A stretch of 64,000 bases of DNA. Source: Octopus sinensis (lineage: Eukaryota). The translations under genes and the position numbers were made by a program. Below the pieces are notes generated by a model that was not told the DNA's origin, made no database searches, and saw only the letters and a list, made by a program, of their open reading frames with translations. The stretch spans positions 43,214,001 through 43,278,000 of the forward strand of contig NC_042998.1 of NCBI RefSeq assembly GCF_006345805.1, given 5' to 3'. Below are positions 1 through 13,560 of this stretch, piece by piece; the stretch's first letter is position 1; the number at the start of each line of letters is the position of its first letter.

Positions 1-207
1 ACCTAAAGCTCCACGAGGCTCCGACAGGGGTGGTGGCAATCCCTGTTGTACTCTTTCGCCACAACTTTCTCTCACTCTTTCTTCTGTTGGCTTGCTCGCT
101 TAGCCAGCAGGGTGCGTAATTTGAAGGCTAAAAAACAATGCGAAGCGCATTGTGACCAGCGATGTGTAGCAACATCTGATAGCCTGGTCGGTCACGGTGA
201 CGGTGAT
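1..207 (+). mobile_element. tRNA-derived SINE (family A body, tail 1), cut by window edge
   Basis: Matches the body ACCTAAAGCTCCACGAGGCTCC and tail GCGCATTGTGACCAGCGATG...GGTCACGGTGA of the full copies at 23578 and 44017. Confidence 0.85.
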
Positions 208-850
208 AATGTATCATAGTACACAATGGATTTTTACTTGAATGGTTTAAATATTTTATATTGGAACGATTTAAGTATCTCCGGATCAAGACCATTTGAT
301 TCATGAACCATAACTATTTTGAAACAGAAACAGAAGTTCTTACTACATATATATATATAGTGATACCCGATATCAGGCAACTAGTGTATATTTTTAGTAC
401 CCCTAAATAACTCTTAAATTGCTCAGTTTTTATAGGTAATTCTAGCTTAAGATGAGTTACAAAACAAGCTGGAAAAAAAATCCCAAAATGCAATACAGAA
501 TATAGAAATTAATACGATACAAGAAGGCATAATTAGCCTTGTTCTAATGAAAGCACACTTAGCCATGTTTTTGCTGAATGAGACGTACACTGATCTTAAG
601 CGCAACCAGACCCACATGTTCTCTCTGAGTTATTGCATCTAAGTTATTTTAAAGCAAAACAAACTATATATCTATTCTTCTATAGATAAAGGGGGGGAAA
701 GGCGTCTCTTCGAATATCGTATGCAAAATCAAAGTATTCTTTGCATGCGGATTACAGTTTATATATTCTCTATAAGAGATTTTATTAATTTAGATCACAT
801 TTCATTGTTTTATCTTTTTAGAAAACATATATTCTCAAAAACTCAACATA

Positions 851-1017
851 GGCGTAGGAGTGGCTGTGTAGTAAGTAGCTTGCTTACGAACCACATGGTT
901 CCGGTTTCAGTCCCACTGCGTGGCACCTTGGGCGAGTGTCTTCTACTATAGTCTCGGGCCGACCAAAGCCTTGTGGGTAGATTTGGTAGACGGAAACTGA
1001 AAGAATCCCGTCGTATG

Positions 1018-1079
<62 letters not shown>

Positions 1080-1300
1080 CATGTGTGTGTATAAGTTTGT
1101 GTGTCTGTGTTTGTCCCCCCAACATTGCTTGACAACCGATGCTGGTGTGTTTACGTCTCCGTAACTTAGCGGTTCGGCAAAGGGGAACCGATAGAATAAG
1201 TATTAGGCTTACAAAGAATAAGTCCTGGGGTCGATTTCCTCGACTAAAGGCGGTGCTCCAGCATGGCCACAGTCAAATGACTGAAACAAGTAAAAGAGTA
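851..1300 (+). mobile_element. tRNA-derived SINE (family C, bipartite with internal (TA)n/(TG)n)
   Basis: Head GGCGTAGGAGTGGCTGTGTAG...GGTTTCAGTCCCACTGCG, CORE-like CACCTTGGGCGAGTG, internal microsatellite, 3' half ending GAAACAAGTAAAAGAGTA; more than 10 copies in the window. Confidence 0.9.
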
Positions 1301-1954
1301 TATACAAGGATAGTCAACTTCTTGTATAGAGTAACAATTTACATTACACAAGCTATGGAATAGCGTTCGGAAAGGTGTTCTGCACTGTACGAAACCATAG
1401 GATTTCCCAAACCAACTGAAATTTTTAACGCGTTGTAGCTTAGAGGTAAGTTCCTAGTGAGACGAGTGGTTTCACTTCTCACTTGAAGCTAAATTTACTT
1501 TACAGACATCACTAATGCCCCCGGGGAAGGTACTATATGTTACAAATTCACATATTTCTTCTCTGAAAAATAAAGATTCATTTACAAGCCAATAAGAGAA
1601 CCTCTATGTGGTTGCTCCACCTGCTGGAAATAACAATCAAAATTACTTCAAATATCTTACCATCTTAAAAGGTGAGGGACACGTTGGATGATGTAGTTCT
1701 AGAAACACAGTACTCGTGTGTGACTGATTGGATGGACTTCGGTGGAACTTCTTTGATCATAGGACTATTCAGTCATTGATGATAGGGAGCTAAACAGTGG
1801 CCAGCAACAATAGTAACGATAAAAACAACAGTCATAATAAACCAAGCTAAAAAACCCTAATGTTAATATAGATACCTTAATAGTTTAGGAAGGAAAAAAA
1901 GACAGTAATAAACCAAGCATAAATTTTCAAAGTAACTATTACAAGTTCAAAGTG

Positions 1955-2300
1955 TGTAGCTGTGTGCGAAAATGCTTGCTTCATAACCACATGGTTCCGG
2001 GTTCAATCCCACTGCTTGGTATCTTGGGTGAGTGTATTCTGACAATCGTCTCGAACCGACCAAAGCCTTGTGAGGAGATTTGGTAGACGGGAACTGAAAG
2101 AAGCCCGTCGTATGTGTGTGTATGCGTGTATGTGTGTGTGTGTATGTGTGTGCGTGCGTGCGTGTCTGTGTTTGTGCCTCCACCACCACTTGACAACCAT
2201 ATTGGTAGATAAATTAAGTACCAGTTACGTACTGGGGTCGATATAATCGACTTGTTCCCTCCCCTAAAATTTCGGGCCTTGTGCCTAAAATAGAAAGGAA
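1955..2300 (+). mobile_element. Degenerate family C SINE 5' part joined to the 3' part of a family M SINE
   Basis: Family C sequence to about 2200, then GATAAATTAAGTACCAGTTACGTACTGGGGTCGAT...CGGGCCTTGTGCCTA. Confidence 0.75.
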
Positions 2301-2899
2301 TAGTATTCTAGAAAATATGCCATTATTTCCTACTGTACACGTCACCTGTTAACTTCCGTCCAGTAAGTAGATTAGGAAGAAAATGAACTCTCTGTCCACA
2401 TGACACATTTTCCTCTTTGTCGATCGCTTCCTTACCACCAAACTACTCACATATGTACCTGTATGTTTCGTCTACCTCTCTCTCCTCTCTCTCACTCTTT
2501 TTCTCTCTCTTTCACTCTCCTCTCTCCCTCTCCTCCTCTCTCTCACTCTTCTCTCTCTCCCTCTCTCACTCCCTCTCACTCTCTCAATATTTATAAGGTA
2601 TACAAACATCTAAGACTACTCTCATTGACGTATTTTTCAAGAACATGAGCGGGCGCAAGTGAAATAATTTTGTTTCTACTGTGAATCCAAACCGAAACAG
2701 GATCGCAGCTAGCTTAGAATTTTCCTTGAGTTTTAAAGTTCTTACTTCCGATTATTTGTTGATCACTTGTACTTAAAATGCTTGAAATATAACATTTGAG
2801 CGAAGGTTATTGAAACAATTGGCAGAAATTTCGATAAAGTATCAGCTGTGACATCGGTAATTCTTGTAATGGTTAAGATAAATACAGCTAGCAATTTCG

Positions 2900-3078
2900 G
2901 GGAAGTGGGTAAGTCGAACTCATCGACACCAGTGTTCAACTGGCACTTATTTATCGATCCCGAAAGGATGAAAGGCAAAGTCGACCTCGGTGGTATTTGA
3001 ACTCAGAACATAAAGACAGACGAAATGCCGCTAAGCATTTTGCCCAGTATGCCAACGATTCTCCCAGCTCGCCGCCTT
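2900..3078 (-). mobile_element. tRNA-derived SINE (family M, Meta-like central domain)
   Basis: Reverse of GGCGGCGAGCTGG...GAGTTCAAA...GTCGACTTTGCCTTTCATCCTTTCGGGATCGATAAAT; the MetaSINE-like assignment is from memory of the domain and unverified. Confidence 0.8.
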
Positions 3079-3673
3079 GGTTAAGACAAATATTATCTAC
3101 GGATATTTCTATTATGTAACGTGTGCAGTTCCAGTGAAAAGATAGGAGCCATTTGGAGATTAGCCTCTGGCCGAGTTGACAGAATATTATTTTCAAAACT
3201 TGTAAACACAATCAAGTCCGTCTATTTCTGATCAAGGGCCATGGATGATATAATTTACTGTTGTAAAAAGCGGTAGCACTGTGGAATTGATGAATTTTGT
3301 CTTGCAGTGCTTAGTTTAATTTAGCGAAGGAAATATTTATCTTAATCTCTTATCTCTACAGAAATGCAAGACAAATATTAATTCTATGTATAATAATACC
3401 ACACACACACATGTATATTATATATGTGTGTGTGTGTATGTATACATGTGTGCGAATTTGAGTGTGTGTACGTGCGTCTGTGTGTGTACAAGTAATTTTT
3501 TCAGTATGAGAAATATGTAGGTTACCATCAAGCTCAGATCTGAACAGACCACTTAACTGCAGTTTAGTGATGATTATGTTCCGGTTTACTGATGACTATG
3601 TTCACACTACCGAATCCCTACAAGCCATCATTTCCGCAATCGTTACAGCTTATAAAAAAAATAAACCTGATAG

Positions 3674-4770
3674 TATTGGGTCATCCCACAAATAATGCGG
3701 TTTTTTTAATAGTTCTCTTATTTTTCGAAATTAAGATAAACAAAGTTCTTTTCTAATCTAAAATATACTCTCCTTCATTCCCTACAATACTCTTCCATCT
3801 ATTTGGTAGATTTGCAAGGCCCCTCTTCCAAATTCACTTGTCCGTGACGAAAAATACTCCTCCAGCACTGCTCTGATCTTGTCTACAGCATTGATATTTT
3901 TTCCGTCCAAATGATTTTGAAGACTGCGGGAAAAATGATAATCAGATGGGGCAGTGTCCGGCGAGTAAAAATGGTGGGTGGGGTGTCGTTTCCCATTCCG
4001 ACTGCTCCAGGCTTTGGAATGTTATCTTTGCTGTATGTGGATGAGCATTATCCTTTTATCTTGAAACCAAAGATGGTCGTTTTTCTTCTAGCGATGACTC
4101 AATCCACTCAGGCTGTTCGCAGTAGATCTTTGTTATCGTTTGGTTGGGTTTAAAAGTTCAAAGTGGACTATAGCCTTCATATCCCACCAAACAGATAACA
4201 ACACCTTACGTGGGTGAAAACCTTCTTTAGCCTGGGGTGCCGGTGTTACTCCTTTCCCTACCTGCTGTCTTTGGCGCTTGACATTTTTATAGAGAACCCA
4301 TTTCTCGTCACCAGTCACTATTCGGACCAAAATGGTTCATTCGTGAGATGTGATAGCTGAAAAGAGCACACATTCACCTCCTGCGCGCCATTAGACTTGT
4401 AAAGTTTGTGAGGGACCCATTGACCAAAATTGCTGACTTTTCCGATGGCACACAGGTGTCAAAGAATGGTTAAATGATCAAATCTAAGCTTCTCTGCTAG
4501 TTACTCATCGAACTGTACAGATCTTCCAGGACGAGGCTTGTCTTCTAGGCTGGAATTTCTGGAACCGCCGTTGACACTGGCTTACGCTTACTGTCCGATC
4601 CCCATATACTGCATTAATATTCCTCGTACTTTCCGTTGCGTTGTTGCCTTTATTGAACTCGTAAAGCAAAATATGCCTATACACAAACTGGGCAAAGAAT
4701 CTCTCACACAATTAGTGACAACTAAATTTTTCGTTTTAGGTTTTATATAGCGTACAGCTTGCCTTAATAA
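3674..4770 (-). mobile_element. Mariner transposon, degenerate, one end lost
   Basis: Minus-strand fragments IVTGDEKWVLY, KVLLSVWWD, DNAHPH, SPDTAPSDYHF; TIR-like TATTGGGTCATCCC at 3674; the other end is replaced by SINEs. Confidence 0.9.
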
Positions 4771-4779
4771 CTCTCTTTA

Positions 4780-5575
4780 CTCTTTTTACTCTTTTACTTG
4801 TTTCAGTCATTTGACTGCGGCCATGCTGGAGCACTGCCTTTAATCGAGCAACTCGACCCCGGGTCTTATTCTTTTGTAAGCCCAGTACTTATTCTATCGG
4901 CCTCTTTTGCCGAACCGCTAAGTAACGGGGACATAAACACACCAGCATCGGTTGTCAAGCGATGTTGGGAGGACAAACACAGACACACAAACACATACAC
5001 ACACATACATATATATATATACATATATACGACGGGCTTCTTTCAGTTTCCATCTACCAAATCCACTCACAAGGCTTTGGTCGGCCCGAGGCTATAGTAG
5101 AAGACACTTGCCCAAGGTGCCACGTAGTGGGACTGAACCCAGAACCATGTGGTTGGTAAACAAGCTACTTACCACACATCCACTCCTACGCCTATATACT
5201 CTTTTACGCTTTTACACGTTTCAGTCATTTGACTGCGGCTATGCTGGAGCACCGCCTTTAGTCGAAGAAATCGACCCCAGAACTTATTCTTTGTAAGCCT
5301 AGATCTTATTCTATCGAACTCTTTTGCCGAACCGCTAAGTTTTGGGGACATAAACACACCAAGCGATTGTTTGGGGTGGGGTGGGAAAAACACAGAGAGA
5401 CACACACACACATACACGATGGGCTTATTTTAGTTTCCACCTACCAAATCCACTCACAATGCTTTTGGTCGGCCCGATGCCATAGTAGAAGACATTTGCC
5501 CGAGGTGCCTATCAGCGGGACTGAACTCAGAACCATGTCGTTGAGAAGCAAGCTTCTTAGCACACAGCTACATGC
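4780..5575 (-). mobile_element. Two family C SINEs in tandem
   Basis: Two consecutive reverse copies (about 4780-5195 and 5200-5575), each with head, internal microsatellite and tail. Confidence 0.85.
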
Positions 5576-6564
5576 CGTAGAACAAACTCAAACTTAAAAA
5601 TATATGATTTCTGTGTAGCCTTGTATCAAATGATTACCAGCCAGGTTGTTGGGAAACCCTGACATAGAGTATCTGTATTAGCAGTAGATAAAGGCACACA
5701 TATCAAAGATGTACTGTCTGACCTTCGTATTTATTTTTATTTACTATACAAGTCTTCACGATAGCAAAAGAAAGAAAAGCACAAAAAGAAAACAAAGAGA
5801 AAAAGAGAAAAAAAAAGCCTTATTCATCTTGGTCAGTAAGGTAGGACATTGAGCTGTTTAGAAAAGCAACATAGTTTTCAAAGCTTCGGAATGTCGGAAT
5901 TATTTGTTTCATGTGTACTAACATGTAAACAACTTTCTAAAGAGGTTACCAGAGTATAGCCATGAAAAGATTTTATTTCTATGCGTGCTCACTGGTGCAA
6001 ATATTTATATATGCATATCATAAAATATGTATATATGTAATATTTCGGTGTATATATACATATATATTATATTATATTATATTATATATAATCAGTCACG
6101 GTGATATGTATTTATAAATGCATATATGTTTGTATTTATATATATATATACAAATGTATGATTTTATATGTATATATATATATGCCTGTGTGTGTGTAAT
6201 ACAGTGTATATATATATATGCACATAGATGTATGTATGTATATATGTATATATATATAATATGCATATATGTATATAAGTGTGTATGTATATATATACGT
6301 ATATTTGCAGGCTTACACGTATACGCACACACACACTCACTCACTCGCTCACACATACATACACACACACAAACGCGCGTGCGCATATTCATAATATTTA
6401 GTCATAGTTATAAAAGAGTAGATACTAGCACTTCTCGGAATGAGAGAACTCAATACGTTCGTATACAAAAGTTTGTTATGGAAATCGGAGCGATCAATCC
6501 CTTACAGTAATCAGCCGATTCAGTAACATTTCATGTATCTCTGTCTGTCTGTCTGTCTGTAGGG

Positions 6565-6724
6565 GCATGCGTGGCTGCATGGTAAGAAGTTTGCTTCCCA
6601 ACCGCGTAGTTCTGGGTTCAGTCCTACTGCATGGCACTTTGGGCTAGTGTTTTCTACTATAGCCACGGGCCGCTCAAAGTCTTGTGAGTAGATTTGGTTG
6701 AGGGAAACTGAAAGAAGCCTCTCG

Positions 6725-6789
<65 letters not shown>

Positions 6790-6819
6790 GTGTGTGGTGT
6801 GTGTGTGTGTGTGTGCGTG

Positions 6820-6855
<36 letters not shown>

Positions 6856-7032
6856 TGTGTGTGTGTGTGTGTCCTCCACCATGCCTTGACAACCGGTGTT
6901 GGTCGTCTTTACATCTTCGGAACGTAGCGGTTCGGCAAAATGTACCGATAGAATAAGCACCAAGCTTTAAAAAAAAATAAGTACTAAAGTTGGAGTCGCT
7001 CGACTGAAATTCTGCAAGAGGGTGCTCCATAT
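6565..7032 (+). mobile_element. Family C SINE, diverged, with expanded internal microsatellite
   Basis: GTGGCTGCATGGTAAGAAG head, (TA)n(TG)n(TGCG)n core, CGGTTCGGCAAAA 3' half. Confidence 0.8.
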
Positions 7033-9144
7033 TGATCAAAGTGTACTTTTTTAATGTAGACGTATGAAATTTGAGCGATATTTAACTGCTGTTACCGGAT
7101 GGGAAAAGGTTTCTTCATAAGATCTAAGTTTCTTGCCTCACGATATATTGTTTTTATATTGTGTATTGAAGGTATCAGTCTCGTGGGGACTCAACTCTTT
7201 CTAATCACAGTTCAAAACCACGATTACGAGTTCAAGAAGTCAAATGAAGTGAAGCAAATTGCTTCAATCGAGAATCGAGTCTATTTCGCAATGTCGGCCC
7301 ACTGGAAATTTTGGCATTCATGCAAAAATAATGAATTAAATAAAATGCAATTGCAGGAAACTTTGCCATTTTTGTTTAATTTATAAATTTCACTGATTCA
7401 TGAAACAGAATTATTAAGTTGCCAAAATTTACTGAGGTGAACTTAATAACAACTAATTATATAAGCCCTCACATTTGACGATTTGACTTGTTAAGGGATA
7501 TGGCTGAATTTAAAATGTGAATAATTTCAAGTGCTGAATGAGTTATTACATCGTTTGAACGGCTGGTTAATTGAAAAAAAAGATATTTAATAAAAATTGA
7601 AAATTGTTAAAGGTTAAATACTTGGATAAAGTTCTGGAATGTACTTATATAAGTAAAAAAATAGTTTGGGATTATAAATCTGATGTTAATAGGAAAGGGA
7701 AAGGTACACACATACATCTTAAGATCAACAAATCATATGAATAATAATTTACCAAATGAAAATAAGTCCCTTATTAGGAACTATGGAGCCGATAGGATCC
7801 ACCTGGAATGAATTATAAAGATTTTTGAAAAGTATTAGCAGCATAAGAGAAGTGAAATTCCTAATACCAAGTACTTTACTCCTTCGGTGCTTGCTGATGT
7901 GCTTTTTGTTTTGTCTAGGCACAAGGCACGAGACACAGCTATTACATATATCAAAGAAACAGTCTTTTACCCCACCTTCTAGTTTTGGACAAGATGCAGG
8001 TAAAACCTTAAAAGCCACAAACTACAAATGACAGACTTTCACGCTCATTGATGATCTCTCCTGGTCATATAACCAAAACTGCATCCCATAGACTAGTCAT
8101 CTTCTCCTTCAGGATCTGAAAATATTTCATCTCCAAATAATTGCTGACATCGTAAAAGTCTTGGATGCTGCTGCAGTTACCCGTATTGTAGTAATTTCAA
8201 TCATCTTCCCTAAGCCGCACCATCACACACACAAAAAGTTCTAGATTCAAAAGATACGAAATAGAGATGACAGAGATAGAATTTCTTGATAGCAATTACA
8301 TTTATAAATATTTTGAAAAGCAAAAACCCCAACAAAAAACGGACCCCACTCCACAAAAAAACAAAACAAAACAAACAAAGATACAGATGATTCCCCTTAC
8401 ACTATCCCAGGCCGTTACTGTGACACGGTTTCGGTTCTCAGCAGAGGCATATTTATTTCACATTTAATTTCCAGTTTCGAGCCTCGAGTAGAAATATTTC
8501 TTTAGGAGTTAAAATCATTGCGGCAAAGTTTCCGAATTAGTACGGCAAGCAAATACTTGTTAATTGTACAGTACCATTACAGCTTATGGCTATAAGCTGT
8601 ACCTGTGCATAATAGTAAATTACAGCTCGGTGGATTCAGCAAGAACAGGCCTCTGCAGAGGTGAGGATTTTTGCCACGTGAGTCAATTGACACGTGTTTG
8701 AGACATTAGAAAGTGATTTCTACCGTAGTTTAGAGGCAAAGAGAAAACACTTCGGTAAAGAATTCCCTGTTTTATAAATTGTTCTGTCCTTTCTTGTGTT
8801 CTGCTAGTTGCAAGAGCACCCTGTGCGCCACCCCCCTAAACCCCACTTGTATTTATTTCACACTGATTGCGAACGTATTTTTTGATTAATTTGAAATAAA
8901 GTTTGCGTTTCCCATTTGGCGGGGGCCAATTTATCACCTCTGCACGCACCTAAATGGGAGTGCGCACAATAAAAATTATTAGACCGTCGAACAATAAACA
9001 GTCTCCACCCTATTTGCCTGAGCCATCTGTGAACACATAAACCGCATACATAGGCGTTGACTGAGAACCGAAAATTGCTGTTGCCTCAATAGATATTGAT
9101 TTGACACATATAGTTGAGAGGCCGCGGACGACAATTAAATGAAC

Positions 9145-9234
<90 letters not shown>

Positions 9235-9502
9235 GGTCGATATACATGTTTGAGCCGACTACCTTGAAATTTTTTATACTTAAACGTCACTTTTAAATCT
9301 TGGGTTACACCCTTCAAGTCTACTGTGAAAAGTTTTGACTAACAAAACTTGAACATGCATTACAGTTTAGTCGTGACAATCTTTGGCCTTAACTATGAAT
9401 ATCTATAATACATATTAAATGTCTTCCCACCATAACCTGTGTGATATCCTTCACCAAATATGATACTAGATGTTATTGTAAATTATTATTGCTTTACTTG
9501 AA

Positions 9503-9716
9503 GGCGGTGATATGGCAGAATCGTTAGCACGCCGGGTGAAATGCTTAATGGCGTTTCGTCTGTTTTTTACGTTCTGAGTTCAAATTCCGCCGAAGTCGAC
9601 TTTGCCTTTCATCCTTTCGGGGTCGATAAATTAAGTACCAGTTGCGTACTGGGGTCGATCTAATCGACTGGCTCCCTCACCCCAAAATTTCGGGCCTTGT
9701 GCCTAGGGTAGAAAAA
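9503..9716 (+). mobile_element. Family M SINE with 16-bp target-site duplication
   Basis: Full copy with the short tail; TATTATTGCTTTACTT at 9484-9499 and 9717-9732. Confidence 0.9.
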
Positions 9717-9974
9717 TATTATTGCTTTACTTAAACGCGCACACACACATACATACATACACACACACACATTCACGTGTACGAATACTAATATTTCCCC
9801 GCTGTGTGTGTTTGTGTGCTCATGTGTGTATACATGTGTTCGAAGCGGTATGACTATATACAAACGTTCTGTGTAGATTTGTAAAGACGTATATATATAC
9901 GTCATTGTGTGTTTTGTGTACATTTAAGCCTTTGTACAAATGTATACATGGTTATTCATACATAATTGCGTTTT

Positions 9975-10005
<31 letters not shown>

Positions 10006-11479
10006 GTTTTATTTGGGACAAAATTCGCCTCCGTACACGTGTATGTGCACGTGGTATGCTTTGGGAGTGCGTGTGTGTTTATATATATGCAATAGAACAC
10101 ATATTCACACCAACATTTATGTGTGAGTAGGTGTGTTTGTGTGTATTTATTTGTGTATGTGTGTTTGTGTGCGTGTGTGTATGTGTGTGCGCGTGTGTGC
10201 TTGTGCGTGCGTATGTAGAAGTGGGTGCATGCACAAAAACGTAATTTTCCTCTTGGCTAGATTTCCACTTTGGGAATCGTAGTGAAAATAGAATCAACGT
10301 CACATATTTGGACGTTACAATGTCTTCCTTTGTATTCAATTCAATCCAACATTTTCTTCACGAAGAAAATATTTAGATAAACTAAAATTAGACAACACTG
10401 AAAAATGCAACTTTTGAATTCTTAGCGAGCCAATTCGATAGGGTGCTGTTCCAACGACTGAATCGTCTACAGTTTTATATCCTATTGTAAGACCTTGCAC
10501 TGATACTAATTCCTTTACACCAGAGTTTCTCAAATCGTGGTACGCAAGAGAAAATGCGAGGGTACGCAATTATAATAAAAAGAAAATAAACAAAACAAAA
10601 ACAAAAAAAACCAAACAAACAAAAGAAAACTGCAACTGGTTTTTCAAAGTACTCATATCTAACTTAAATACAATTTGTATTTAGAGCATGTATAAGGAAT
10701 CCTTTTACTCTATCTTATTTACTTGTCGTTGTGAATAAAAGTTTTCGGTGTTGATTATAACAAAACCAAGTGCAAGGCTGACATTCAGAAGGATATGCAG
10801 GTGTGCCTCTCTGTGACGCCCGCACACACACATACACACACACAAATATACACACACACACAAACACTCGACACACATACTTACACCTACACACTAGCAC
10901 ACGCACACAAACGCTATTTTTCTTTGAAACTGAGTTACTTGTTAGAATGAGCCACGCTAATTTATATTGTTAAAAAAATGCAACATGAAATTTTAATGAA
11001 ACTGATCTCTTACATAAATACCAGGTCAGAATTTTTTTGATAATGGTGGTGGATTAGTTGATTATTATTCAGCCCAGCACTCTAGTGATACTTTATTTTA
11101 TGGAGTTCTGAAGGATGAAAAGCAAAGATGACCTCGGCAGATTTTGAGCTCCTTAAATTAAATGAAATTGAATTAATAGCAAATAACATGTCTATTGTCT
11201 CTTCTGTGGTATCCAACCATTTTACAATATATTCTACACACGGGGTATACTGAAAGAAAATGTTTGGGGAGCCCTTCTGTACACTATGTTTTATTAATAG
11301 AATATACAGGTGGCGGCTGTGTATTCACACCACGTAACATCAATCTGACCGTGGGATAACAAAATAGCTAGAGCGTCGGGCAAACAGAATGTGGCAAAGA
11401 ATATATGTATTCATTTTAGTTTTTCGTAATTTCAATAAATGAAAGAAAAACCAATAAGGAAAGAAAAACAAGCAGTACA

Positions 11480-12050
11480 AGGCTATCACTTGGAACGCCG
11501 AGTATTCAACTTCATCTACTACTATACCTTCTTTGCAATATCTGGATAATAACACTGTGTCCAACAAACCCTCTACATCCAACTTCGATCGGAAAATGTT
11601 CCGCTTTCCAGCCTGTGTCTTAACATTTCTCGAGGAGGTTTACATAACGGTCAATCTTTCGTGCCCGAGCGGCGTCCATGTTATCTTCATTAGGAACCGT
11701 TAACTCGACTAGATTTACAGCTTTCCTTCTTTCACACCACATCAAATTGTCCGTTTTTTTCGTAACTGGGATGGGAAAGAATCCCTGGCGCCAGGTAAAT
11801 CTACAGTCACCTCCCAATAGCCGTTCCACTTTTCATCTCTCACAGGAAGTTCTTGTTCTTCTTCTTGAAACAAATCCGCTGACCTGAGCGCACGAAGGTA
11901 ACGAAATCTCTAGTTGGTGCTCTTTTGATGACCCCATACACTTGCTGGCTTCCGGTATACGGAGTTCTTGACTGGTAGCGCTTGCACGTGCAAGTTGTTT
12001 GCAAGACATCATATCTTCCTTGAAAAAGCTACCTCAATGTTTGAAACGTT
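11480..12050 (-). mobile_element. Non-LTR retrotransposon fragment, restriction-like endonuclease domain (HERO/NeSL/R2 group)
   Basis: Minus-strand LVELTVPNEDNMDAARARKIDRY, followed after a frameshift by GWKAEHFPIEVGCRGFVG, typical RLE motifs. Confidence 0.8.
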
Positions 12051-12191
12051 TATGAGAATGAATGACTTCATAGCGTACAGCATTGATCAGCCTAGTGACG
12101 TTGGATCCCTCACTCTTTATTGGTTTCCAACTTAGAGACACAGAGTGAAGTGATATCAACATCAAATTCTACAAAAGAGCTGCCGAGAAAT

Positions 12192-13027
12192 AGCTGGTTT
12201 GATCAATAAGTATCCGGACTGTTGCCTTAGTAACGAAGCTAAAGCACGCAGAGTGAAGACGCGTGGTACAGATTGACCTTCAACTCTGCCGTGCATGCAC
12301 ACTAAGTTTTAACGTTCTAACTCACTTTTGCTATTTACAGAAGTGCTTAGAAGGAACGTGTGTAGTGTGTGATCGTCGCATTGACCATGATAAAGAAAGC
12401 TGAGCAGAGAATCTGCATAAAATAAAGCTTGGCGATACCTGCTCATAGGCCTACGCAAAGTTTTCAAACAATTTTATCATTCTCGTCACAATCAACCGAA
12501 ACTCGAATGTCTTTTTGGTCAGCTGAAAGCAGTTTTGGCACAAACTTGGCAGTCATGCATCTCATACCCAAATCTTCAGTGATAATGGACTGAACTGAAC
12601 CGTAACTAATCTGCACATCCTCTGATAACTCACAGATGGTGGTTCGACGATTTCCTCTCACATCTGCACGCACATCTGCAATGTTTTTTGTCAGTTCTGT
12701 TGGTTGCGGGTCTCCCAGAACATTCGTCAATATCGACATTTTTTCAGCCATCTTGGAAACGTCTGAACCACTCGTACACTTGTGTACGGCTCGTACACTC
12801 CTCTCCATACATTTTCTGCAACTTTGCGTAGGCCTCAATGTGACGATCACACGCTACACACGTTCCTTCCAAGCATTGCTGTAAATAGCAGAAGTGAGCT
12901 TGAACGTTAAAACTTAGTGCACATGCACAGTAGAGACCAAGGTCAATCTGTGCCCAGCGGCTTCACTCTGTGTACTTTAGCTTTGTTACTATGCCAACAA
13001 TCCTGATACTTATTGACCAGACCTCGT
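12192..13027. mobile_element. Non-autonomous mariner derivative with about 200-bp inverted arms (two 5' ends)
   Basis: Arms about 12192-12400 and 12830-13027 are reverse complements; transposase N-terminus on both strands (plus AEQRICIK; minus ELSEDVQISYGSVQSIITEDLGMR...AKFVPKLLS). Confidence 0.85.
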
Positions 13028-13089
13028 TTTTGTTGCTTCACTTCAAATCAGTCCATGAAAAACGAACTCATATCTATCCAGCACAAATG

Positions 13090-13560
13090 CAGCGAAGCAA
13101 GATCGGCACATCCATGACAACCATTTACAAAAAATAATAGAGACCAATGGATGCCCCAGAATCGTTTACTAGTCGAATTCAGGGTCTCAAGGACCTAAAA
13201 CGATAAAACATTTTCACCCATTGTTTCCTGACGTCACCGAACTTCAACGATTGTACAACCGTTACTCATCCGGCAGGCCATCCGTAGAGAAGAGCTAGAT
13301 ATATAGGTAGCATACTCAGAACCATCTTTACAAAAATGTTTAACCAAGAAACGGCTCCCCGGTGACAGAACCCTATGTGCACAGAAACCAATGTCGAATA
13401 TTCTTAGACAAAAGAGAGTCTCTAACAGGCGAATAATAAAGGTCTGAAATCGCTTTAAGAAAGGAACTTACCGACAGCTCAGTGATTCATTTAAGAAAGA
13501 CACTTTTAGAGATCGAAAATGAACTCAGGCTCTCCCGTGAAAAGGAGAAGAAAGAGATAA
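13090..13560 (+). mobile_element. Possible decayed Penelope-like ORF fragment
   Basis: Broken plus-strand reading IRQAIRREELDI*VAYSEPSLQKCLTKKR...C resembles the PLE RT-to-endonuclease linker; weak. Confidence 0.3.

Noticed and set aside
7919-7999. Candidate 81-nt plus-strand exon (TCTAG/...CAG/GTAAAA)
   Set aside because: No frame gives a recognisable peptide and no partner exons were found.
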